This document shows positions 1-10,700 of a stretch of DNA of 64,000 nucleotides, piece by piece. Position 1 is the stretch's first letter. Each line of letters starts with the position of its first letter. The stretch is from assembly GCA_039621445.1 (NCBI GenBank), contig CP154954.1, forward strand, positions 9,116,634-9,180,633, read 5' to 3'. The stretch comes from Euglena gracilis (Eukaryota). The position numbers and the translations under genes are program-made. The notes beneath the pieces were generated by a model. The model saw only the letters and a program-made list of their open reading frames with translations, ran no database searches and was not told the DNA's origin.

Positions 1-42
1 TTTGAATTTTACCCGATTGGAACAGAGGTTGGGTGAAAGAAC

Positions 43-3000
43 TTGTTCGGAAGGCAACAAAAAAGTTGTATTTTACACCTGGAAAAGCTTTTTGAGGTCG
101 ATGGGAAACCAATGGGGGGTGTGATGTGTGGAGTTTGGGCCTTGTTGATAGAGGGTAATAAGCCCCCCGCCAACACTAGCAACCCGAAGAAACCAAAGGT
201 GGTACATTTGAAATCACGGATGGTTAAAAAGAGATACCCAACCACAGGTATTGAGAAATTTTCCAAGGACCGACAACTTTTGATTCGGACAAGGGTTGTT
301 TTGGGAAACGGGGAAGAACAAAACATGGACGTTTTGGTAGACACCGGTGCGGAGGTTAACCTCATAAGGCAAGGGTTGGTGAGTGAGCACCTAATGTATT
401 CGGCCGAACACCCCTTGAGGTTTGAAACCGCTGACGGTCAAGCCTTGAGTGGTGGGTGGAGGTGCACTAAGGTGATCATGAAATTGCAAGGGGAGGTGAA
501 CGATAATACCCCACCCACAGATTTTGGGTACGATGTGGAATTTTATGAAGCCAATATCAAAGTGGACGCAATTTTGTCATACCCATGGCTTGTGCAAACA
601 AAAATTGGAATTTTTCCACATCATCGTGCTTTGGTAGTGGAGGAACCCAAGTTGACTTTTTTTTTCGGTGTGAGAGATCAAAGGAGAAAACGACAAGGAA
701 AAGTCCCTAACACACTACCCCAAAGGGGGGGGGGTGACAAATTTGGAAAAGTTTGGTTTCCAACTTCCTATGGAGGGTTTTGATCAAAGGGGCCAAGCCT
801 TGGACGAACACTCGCTCTAAATTTTGGGAAACAATTTGGAGATTGCAAAGGAAAACCCCCTACCAATTCACAAAATGATTATTGCAAGGGAGGGGGAGGG
901 GAATAATGAAACGGAATCCAAAGAGGAAGAGAGAATAAGTGAGCTAAGAGAGGATATTTTTGGAAGGTATGGTGGAAGCGTATTTCGGTCTAAGGTACAA
1001 CCCGACCCACCCGTAAGAGGACCATATGGTTATGTATTCATACCTTTGCAAGAAGGAGCGCGGTCCACCCGACAAAAACCATTTTTCATGCACGGGGAAC
1101 GAAAAGAAGCTTTGGAAAACATCACTGAAGATTGGATCGATGTCAAATAATCGAGCAAGCCACAACAAAAAATTCAGAATGGCTCTCACAAACTTTCCCC
1201 GTGCCCAAAAAGTCAGCCGATTTTCCTTGGAGGGGGGTTTTTGACATGACGGGACCCAACAGCCAATCCCGTAGATGCAACTACCCTCTTCTGAAAATCG
1301 AAGACATCCTGGTGAAGCATGGCGCAAACCAAATGTTCTCCATTTTGGATTTAAAACAAGCCTTTCACCAACAGCCGCTTCACCCGGATAGTAGGCCTAT
1401 AACTTGCTCCTTCTCACCAAAGGGTCTTTACCAATGGAGGGTAAATGTAATGGGGTTAACCAATGCCTCACAACAATTTCAACAAATGATGGATGACCGT
1501 ATTAGCACCCGTAAGGGATATTGCTACCCCATACATTGATGACATTTTGGTATGGACCACCTTCGGGGAGGGGGAGGATCTCCTCGAGGCACACAAAAGG
1601 GATTTGTGTAGGGTGTTGGATTTACTCGCGAGGAAATGTTTGTAGTGGACTCAAAAAAAGCGGAATTATTCATCAAAGAAGTGGAATTTTGTGGCCAGAT
1701 TTTGGGGCATGGCATGCGTCGGCCGGCCCCCGGCAAATTACGTGCCATTGAAAAATGGGAGGTTCCAACCACCATAGCGGCCTTAAGGGCTTTCCTCGGC
1801 TTCACAAATTATTACGTGTAATCTCAAGTTGCGGCACCTTTGCAAGATAAGTTGAAGGTGTCTAGGGAGGAAGGCAAGAAAGGGAGCAAAAAATGGGTTG
1901 AATTCGGGGAGGTTGAACGCAAAGCATTTGAGGTGTTAAAGCAACGGTTGTGTTCCGGATTAATTCTTCAAAGGGTAGACCCCGATAAACCCTTTGCTTT
2001 GAGAGTTGAAGCGAGTGGGTATGCCGTAGGAGCAACTTTAGAACAACTCAAAGAAGGAAACGGTACGCCCACACCCCAAGATATTTTGGACAAGAAAACG
2101 GTGCCTGTTGCTTTTATGTCCCGAAAACTCACCGAGGGGCAAAGAAAATGGACCCCCCCCCCCCGGGAATTGGAGACATATGCCATAATTTTGGCACTCC
2201 AAAAATGGGAAAGTTGGATTGGTCTCCAACCCTTTTTGGTGTTGACCGATCACCAAAGTTTGGAGGCATGGGCAAAAGAAGTGCTCGACACCCCAAGTGG
2301 ACCGGTGGGGAGGAGGGCACGATGGCACCAAATTTTCTCAAAATACGATTTGACAGTGGGGTATATTCCGGGGAAGGAAAACACCATTGCCCACATTTTA
2401 AGTCGGTGGGCATACCCTGCTTCGCAAGCTCTAAGGGACATTAGTAAACATGGTTCGGCCGAAGATAAGAGGGAAATGGAGGAGCTCATAAGAGAGGACA
2501 TGGAAGATGAGAAAAATTGCTTGTTGGTCAAAGTCAAAAATCAGCCTAACGCTCGTAACTTGTGGATATGGGGGGGGTAACGTGCAGTGGAAAAGAGGTG
2601 GCACCTAATTTTGTGGATGATGCATCAGGGAGGGGGCCCGAGAGTGTCGAAAGTCCGGGAGGAACAAACACCACCGAAGACACTCACTCACAAGGGCCTA
2701 GGAAGGAAGGGTAAGAGGAGAGTTACCTTTTGGGTGGAGTGGACCCTGCGGGAAATTTGGTGACCAGCCCAAAACGTCCGACTGATGAGTTACCGAAGGG
2801 GGGAACGGGAGAAGGTGCGGCCGCGCCAACTCCAAGTGCAACCCCTAAGCTAACAAAATCAGTTTTGGGGGAGAGATTGGGAGGTTGCGTATACCGAATG
2901 CCCCACTTGGAGGGAAATTTGGCAAGCAACACAAGAAAATGGTGAGTGGCCAAAGGGGGTGAAAGTGCACAAAAACCAAATCTTTTGGGAAGAGAAGTTG

Positions 3001-4329
3001 TGCGTTCCATTGGGTTTTCAAGAAATGATCATCCTTGAAAAAAACAAGTTCCTTGGACATGTAGGTCCGGAAAAGGTGTGGAGACACGTCAATTTGAGGT
3101 ATGCATTGGCCGAGGAAAAGAAGGCAAAAGTTTTCACCGACAGTTGTAGCAAAAATTGCACAACGTGTCAAGCAAGCTCGCGGGGGGAGACATTGAAAGG
3201 ACCCATTGATTCAACACCCATACCACCCGAACCCATGGTAAGTGTGGCAATTGATCTTTTCAAAATGCCAAAGGTGTTGTACGAGGGGGGGGAATACAAC
3301 ACAGTGGCCGTTTGTGTGGACCGACATTCTGGTTGGATTGTAGCCATACCATGTTTTGATAAGGGATTAACGGGTGCAAAGTTGGCCAAGGAAAATGCTT
3401 AAGTCCCAATGGAAACCTTTTGGAGTACCCTCAATAATTTCAAGTGACCAAGGGAGCCATTTTGTCAACACATGGTGGCAAACCATGTGTTCACTCATGG
3501 GGATTAGACAGGCATTTTCCCAAGCTTACCACCACCAAGCGAATGGGCGGGTGGAAAGAGCCGGTCAACAAATTATGGAAGCCCTCCGAAAGTTGTTTGT
3601 GGAGGAAAAAAAGAATTGGGTGGAAGCTCTTCCCAACTTTTGGATTGTATTCATGACACCAAGGGGGAGAGTGGTTTTAGTCCTTACGAAATTCTGTTCG
3701 GAAGGGATAGACCCATTGGGGTGATACCCTATGAACCAACAAAGGAGTGTGAGGACGCTCAAAGTTTTGTTCGCCGAATGGGGGAGATGGATGAGAAAGT
3801 TGCAAAAGCTCTCAACCACAAACATTGGGTTCAAGCGAGTTTGGTCAACCAAGGGAGGAGGGAGTAGGTGCCCTTAAAATTAGGAACCCAAGTGTCGTAT
3901 AGGAGACCCGAAGGATCCGGCGAAAAATTGGATTCCAGATGGATTGGACCTGGTATTATCAAAGCCCGGGAGGGGGAGAGGAGTTACGTCATTGAAATTA
4001 AGCCCAGGATGGAAATTAAGACTCACCGTAGTTTCCTTAAGGAGTACAAAGAGCCTGAAGTTTTTGGTGAGGGAGTTCCTTTGTTCTTTTTCAAAAGAAC
4101 CGAAAAGAACCGTAAAAGAGGAAGAAGCAACGACCTTCTCCGTGGATGGGGGCTGAATTTTCTCCGATTTTTGGGTGAGCTCCCTCCAAACGTGTTTCGG
4201 TTGGGGGGGGGGCGCCCATTCCCATTCCCATGTCGCATTATTTTTCAGTTGATGTATGATACACCACGCGAAGACCTTGTGAATAGTTATTTTTTTGAAT
4301 TTCACCGGATTTCATTTATGAAGGATTGA
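43..4329 (+). pseudogene. pol: Degenerate Ty3/Gypsy pol (protease-RT-RNaseH-integrase), broken by frameshifts and stops
   Basis: Consecutive ORF fragments: LVDTGAEVNL (protease, 43-783), LDLKQAFHQ and PYIDD (RT, 1132-1560), FLGFTNYY and RELETYAI..VLTDH (RNase H, 1636-2580), VAIDLF / SSDQGSHF / ANGRVE (integrase DDE), RWIGPG. Domain order is the Gypsy order. Confidence 0.92.
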
Positions 4330-4757
4330 GAACATTTCAGATGTCCGCGAGGAGTGAGTTGTGCAAGAGAATGCCTTCCAATCCAAGAATCCGGGTTTTT
4401 TTGTATGCCATGAGAAAGGAAGACACAAGCGCCCGGGGGGGGGGGTGCTGTACGAACTCTCCCCAAAGCGGTCAAGCCGAACGTTCGTGGGGGGCGGGGC
4501 AAATTTTCCCACCAAAATTATCCCTCGGGGTGCAAAAAGTCAGAACTCTCCCCACGATCGGTTTTCGATGGGGGGGGGCGCTAGCCAATTTTCGTTTAAT
4601 TTTGAATGATTTTCACAGAGTTCGTAGCATTTTTCTCTCTTGGCATTTTTTTTTAGGCCCCCAACCTGTGGGGAAGGGGGGGGCGCATGGATTTTTTGGA
4701 TTTTTTTGGGGGGGACGTTTACCGAACATTTCTGCGGAGACGCTAAGTGGTGCCGTG

Positions 4758-5395
4758 AGTTTCCCGAACGATTTTGTTTTTGCCCAGCCTTCACTCCCGG
4801 GGGTCCGTGAGGGGGTACCGGCGGGGTGGGGGGTAGGCGCGATGGGCTCTGGGGAGAGGGGTAGGTTCGGGATACTCCCCTTCCCACGTAGGATTTTTTC
4901 CCGGGGACCGAAGGCCCTCCTTTTTGGGGAGTGGTTGGAGGGGGGAGTCCGGCTTGGCGTCCCTTCCGGCAGTGGGGGGGGTTTAGGAAAAGGCCTGGTT
5001 ACCCTCCCCTAGGCTTCAGATACCCCAGCACCAACACCTTTTTGGCTTGTACTGTTCTCCTGCGCCAGCAGATAACCAATCTTTTGTAATCTTTTGCTTG
5101 CTCCGCCCTTGGATTTTTGACTTTCTTGAACTTTTGCACTTCCTTGGCTCCAGTGCCTTTCTTTGAATTGCCTTGAAAATCCTTGAAAATTGATATAATT
5201 TGACCTTGGTCTTGATTCAGCAGGCACAATCTTGAATTGAAACCATGGGTAAAAAGAGGGAGCCTGCAGTGAAAAACAGAACAGTTGGAGGTGCGGTTTG
5301 CGCTATTCTGATGCTGAATTAGCGCAGTGGTTCGCTATATACAACAGCAGGCTGCTATAGTGGCAATGGAAGGTGCAGCGGCCGGTCCGCCAACT
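4758..5395 (-). repeat. 3' LTR of element A
   Basis: Near-identical to 18037-18676. Termini AGTT...AACT. Preceded on the minus strand by the purine tract GAGGAAGGGGAG (5396-5407). Confidence 0.95.
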
Positions 5396-5689
5396 CTCCC
5401 CTTCCTCGGCCTTGCCTCCGGCTGCCGGGCCTGGCCGCTGCCTCTCTCGCCCCCCTGCCACAGGAGCCTGGCCGGGGCTCCCCGGTCCTTCGTTGCGCCG
5501 CTGCCTGGCGTGCCGGCTGCGGGCGGGCTCCTGTGGTCCGGGTGGGGGTGGACGCCAGCCAATCCCTGGCCGTGCTCCGCAGGCGTTCGGTGCGCGTCGC
5601 TGCTGACGTCGTCCGGCCTTGCGGGCTGGCCTCAGGAATTGGCTGGGCTCGGGCCTTGTCTGGGTTCGGTTGCCCCCCCCCCTTTGGGG

Positions 5690-7370
5690 CTGGCGGTCCC
5701 CCTGGCCGCTTTTCTTTTCTTTTCTTTTTTTTTTTTGCCGGCCCCCCTGGGCCGGGCGGGCCCCCCCCCCCCGGGTGGGTCTTGGGCGGCCCACCCCGGG
5801 GCCGCTTTTCGGCCCCCCCCCCTGGGGTCTGGGCGGCCCCCCTGGGCCGCTTTTCGGCGCCCCCCCCCCCTGGGGTCTGGGCGGCCCCCCTGGGCCGCCT
5901 TTCGGCGCCCCCCCCCCTGGGGTCTGGGCGGCCCCCCTGGGCCGTTCTTCGGGGCCCCCCCCCCCCTCGGGGTCGGGGCGGCCCCCCTGGGCCGCTTTTC
6001 GGCGCCCCCCCCCCCTGGGGTCTGGGCGGCCCCCCTGGGCCGCTTTTCGGCGCCCCCCCCCCCCGGGGTCTGGGCGGCCCCCCTGGGCCGGCTTTCGCCC
6101 CCCCCCCTGGGGTCTGGGCGGCCCCCCTGGGCCGTTCTTCGCCCCCCCCCCCCCTCGGGTCGTGGGCGGCCCCCCCTGGGCCGCTCTTGGGTTCCCCCCC
6201 CCCGGGTGTGGGCGCGGCCCCCCGGCCGCCCTTTTTTTTTTTTTTTGCCGGCCCCCCTGGGCCGTGCGTGCCCCCCCCCCCCCCGGTGGGTCTTGGGCGG
6301 CCCCCCTGGGCCGCTTTTCGGCGCCCCCCCCCCCCGGGGGTCTGGGCGGCCCCCCTGGGCCGCTTTTCGGCGCCCCCCCCCCCTTGGGGTCTTGGTGGCC
6401 CCCCTGGGCTGTTCTTCGGCGCCCCCCCCCCCCCCCCTTCGGGTCGTGGGCGGCCCCCCTGGGCCTCTTTTCGGCGCCCCCCCCCCCGGGGGTTCTGGGC
6501 GGCCCCCCTGGGCCCCTTTTCGGCGCCCCCCCCCCCCGGGGTCTGGGCGGCCCCCCTGGGCCGCCTTTCGGCGCCCCCCCCCCCTGGGGTCTGGGCGGCC
6601 CCCTGGGCCGTTGTTCGGCCCCCCCCCCTCGGGTCGTGGGCGGCCCCCCTGGGCCGCTCTTGGGTCCCCCCCCCCGGGTGTGGGCGCGGCCCCCCGGCCG
6701 CCTTTTTTTTTTTTTGCCGGCCCCCCTGGGCCGGGCCCGCCCCCCCCCCCCCGGTGGGTCTTGGGCGGCCCCCCTGGGCCGCTTTTCGGCGCCCGCCCCC
6801 CTGGGGTCTGGGGGGCCCCCCCGGGCGCGCTTTTCGGCCCCCCCCCCCCTGGGGTCTGGGGGGGCCCCCTGGGCTGTTCTTCGGCGCCCCCCCCCCCCCT
6901 GCTGGTCTTGGGCTCCCCCCCTGGGCCTGTTTTTCGGCGCCCCCCCCCCCTGGGGTCGTGGGCGCCCCCCCCTGGGCCGCTCTTGGGTTCCCCCCCCCGG
7001 GTGTGGGCGCGGCCCCCCGGCCGCGCTTTTTTTTTTTTTTTTTGCCGGCCCCCCTGGGCCGTGCGTGCCCCCCCCCCCGGTGGGTCTTGGGCGGCCCCCC
7101 TGGGCCGTTCTTCGGCGCCCCCCCCCCCCTCGGTTTGTGGGCGGCCCCCCTGGGCCGCTTTTTCGGCGCCCCCCCCCCTGGGGTCTGGGCGGCCCCCCCT
7201 GGGCCGCTGTTCGGCGCCCCCCCCCCCCTTGGGCGGCTCTTGGGTTCCCCCCCCCCGGGTGTGGGCGCGGCCCCCCGGCCTTTTTTTTTTTTTCGGCCCC
7301 CCTGGGCCGTGCGTGCCCCCCCCCCGGGTGGTCTTGGGCGGCCCCCCCTGGGCCGCTCTTGGGTTCCCCC
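5690..7370. repeat. GC-rich minisatellite (~40-bp unit with higher-order structure) in the 3' UTR of element A
   Basis: Repeated GGCGGCCCCCCTGGGCCGCTTTTCGGCGC(C)nTGGGGTCTG. T-run-marked super-units start near 5725, 6232, 6703, 7027 and 7281. Confidence 0.95.
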
Positions 7371-7753
7371 GGTCCGGGTCCTTTGGTCTTCCCTGGGTCC
7401 CCTCTGGGCCCCCTTTGCCCCCGGGGTCGGTTGGGTTTCCCCCCTTGGGTCCCCTTTCTTTCTCCTTTCCTCTCCTTCTTTGCTCGCCTCTCCCCGGGGC
7501 TTTCGCCCCCGTGCTTCGTCGCTCTCCTCTCCTCTCCTCTCTCTCTCCTCTCTGGGCTCTCTCCGGTCTCCCTTCTCCTGGCTCGGCCTCGGCCGGGCTC
7601 ACCGTGGCTCAGCCTTGGTTGGGGAAGAGAGGGGAGGGGTGGCACACCAGTAAGAGGTTGGGTTGGTGGGTGAGAGCCTCCACAGTATCCATCAGGTCAG
7701 TAGGGGGTGAGCCAGCTGCCGCCGACGTCACCGCATCTCCTCACGACGACAGC

Positions 7754-10700
7754 TCAGCTCCTGCGCGCGCGCTGCCAGCCGCCTGTCCTGAGCGTCGAAG
7801 GCGAGGGGAAGGAACAGAAAGATGAGCTGGAACACGACCACCATGGAGATAATCCCAGGTTGACGCCAGGCCTTTTCCATTTCCCCATGGGGTGTGGGCA
7901 GGGGGCAGGGGTGGCCTCCTTGTTGGGAAGGAAGGGCCGGGTCGCACCGTGGCCATGCAGGGGCACGCCTCCGGTGGTGGTGCCCCCTCGCCGCAGGGAC
8001 GGGTCATGGGGGTGCACGGGAACGGGGCCCCCTGGTGGGAGGGGGGGATCCCGAGCTGGGGCGTCCCTGCGGGTCGACACGCGGGGGCGGCGACCTCTAC
8101 CCGTGGGGGCAGGGGAGACTCGGGGACCGGGTCTCTGAGGTACGCCTGGACTGCGGGGTGGGTACGCGTGTGACATGGGGAGTGATGGGGTGGTGGACGG
8201 TGGAGCTGGGGCAAGGGAAGCGCGGGAGAGCGCATCCCTCACAGACGCGGATCGCACGGAGACGGGGCGCTTGCCGCTCGCGTGCTGCCGGTGGACCCTG
8301 ACCGGGTACCTGGGGTGGGCCGCTTGTTGGGGACCCGCCGGGCCAGCATCTCCTCCGTCTTCTTGGTCTCGATCTCCTTCGTCTCCTCCATCACCTTCAT
8401 CATCGTCTCCAGCAGAATCATCACCTTCTCGACATACATCTCCGTCCTCGGGGTCCTGCCACATCCACTCCTCTGGTGGCTCCTCCCAGGACAGCCCAAA
8501 CTCCTTCTCCTTCTCCTTCTCGATCTCCACGGCGTGGCAGATGGCGATGTGGGCTTCCTCCGGGAACCTCGAAAGGTACTTCATGATGTCCTCCTTGATG
8601 TCGTGTTCGACGAAGTACGACACGATGGGGGAGGCGTACCGGTGGAAGAAGTGCCGCAGCGGCTCCCACGTCTTCTCCTCGTACCCCAGCCACTTGACGA
8701 GGAACTCGAGGTCGCCGTTGGCATCGCGCCGGTGGGTGACCACCGCCTCCACCTCCCACTCGTCCAGCCGGGAACCCTCCTCCGGCCTGGATTGGCGGAA
8801 GTGGAAGAGACGGAGCGGTGGCCCCATGAGGGCTGGATCGTGGCGGTAGCTCTTGATTTGGGATCGGTGGGCCACCTGCTTCCGGCCATCCTCCATCTGG
8901 AGCACGTACGTGTGCTCACTGGTGCGCTCTGCCACCACGCACGGCCCGATCCAGTACGTCTCCAGCTTCTCGCCGGTGCGGGTGCGCGGGCGGAGATACC
9001 AGACCTTGTCGTTGATCTCCAGCTCCGGCAGCTCCTTCCTCCGCTTGTTGACCGCCTCGGCTGTCTTGGCGTGCTCCTCGTTCAGGATCTTCGCAACACG
9101 ATGATCGATGTCCTGCATGCGCTCGAAGAAGGCCACCGCGTCCTCGGCCCGCGTGGGCGGCTGGTACGGCACCCCGCCATACCACCGCTCGCGGCCGAAG
9201 AGCACCTGGAAGGGGCTCAGGCCGCTGGGCCCAGCACTGTCGTGCAGGGTCCGCAGGGCCCGCGGCAGCGCCTCCGGCCACTCCACGCCCTCCGCCGCCT
9301 TCATCTTCCTCAGCCGCTTCTGGATCTGCGCGCCGAGGACCTCCGCACGGGCGTTACCTTCGTGGTGGTATGCTTGGGAGAAGGCATGGCGCACCCCCAG
9401 TCTTGCGCACATTGCCCTCCACCAGGCCCCCACGAAGTGGGGGCCCCGGTCCGACGTGATGACGCTTGGCACGCCGAACTGCGCCCACTGCGCATACATA
9501 GCCTTAGCCACCGCCTCCGCCGTTAGCCCGCGGGTGTGGTGCACGGTTGCGATCGCCCAGCCGGAGTGCCGATCGATGCATGCTGCGAACACGTTCACCA
9601 GCTTGCCGCCCTCCACCTCCACCTCCGGCATCTGGAACAGATCCACGCTCACCGAACACATCACATGGGGCGGCACTGGCGTGGGCGTGATGCGGAGCCG
9701 GAGGGGTTGGTGTGGGTGCTCCGACGCCTGGCAGAACTCGCACACCGCCAGAATCTTGCCCGCCAGCTCGCGTGCTCGGGAGGGCACCGCAAACTGGAAG
9801 TTCCGGCTGGCCTCATCGAGGAGGCGCTCACCACCGACGTGCCCCGACGCCCGGTGCTGCTCTCGGATTGCCCGCTCGGTCAGGGCATCCGGCACGCACC
9901 AGACGGAATCCTTCACCAGCTTGCCTGCCTCCTTCCGGTAGCCGGTGGGCCATGGCCGGCCGCGCTTGATGGCCTGCCACGGCTCTTTGAACGTTGGGCA
10001 CTTCTCATACGCCTCACTCCAGTCCATCGCCATCAGGTCCTGGTCTTCGTCTTGCGGGGCTGCGGCCGGGGTGGCTGCAGCTGGCGGCACGGCGGCCGCC
10101 ACAGGCGGCACGGCGGCTGCCACTGGCGGCACGGCGGGAGGGCTGGGGTGCCCCCCCACCTTGGGTGGGCCGGCCGACTTCTTCGGGACGGCGGCACCGG
10201 GCGGCTTTGCGGCCGCCTGGCCTCGGGTTGTCACGGCGATCGCTGCGGACGGTGGGATGCGCGTGCGCTGGCCGCGGGCGGGGACGATGCTTGCTCGGCG
10301 GACGGGGATCGCACGGCGGGTGCTGCTGCCGGTGCCGCTGCTGGCCGTACGGAAAACCGCACGGTGCGTGGTGTGGCGGGCTGCTGCTGCTGCTTGGGCT
10401 GCGCGGACAACGCCGGGTGCTGCGGCTGCTCGGGCTGCCCGGGCGATGCCAGCGCTGTCGCACTGGGCACTCGCACGGTCGGTGCTGCAGTCGCCGCCGG
10501 CGCGGTGGGGTGCGGTGGGGGCGGCGGTCGGATTGCCGGACTTCCGGCTGCCGGAATCCCGGCGGGCGCCGCCTCGGAGGCCGGTGTCCCGGCCGATGCC
10601 GCCGTGGTTGCCGGTGTCCCGGCTGGCGGCGATGGGGATGCCGCATTTGCGGTCGGGAGGGGGCACACCTTGTCCACCGGGTGTACTGCCTTCGGGCAGC

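Noticed and set aside
4999-5229. Identical small ORFs at 4999-5229 and 18280-18510 (likewise 25195-25683 and 36540-37034)
   Set aside because: They are duplicated only because they lie inside LTRs; no coding evidence.
5690-7370. Possible CRISPR array
   Set aside because: Units are contiguous degenerate repeats without unique spacers, there are no cas genes, and the context is eukaryotic.
5303-7825. Several 650-830 aa Gly/Pro/Arg-rich ORFs on both strands
   Set aside because: They come from a stop-free GC minisatellite that is open in nearly every frame and shows no domain signal.
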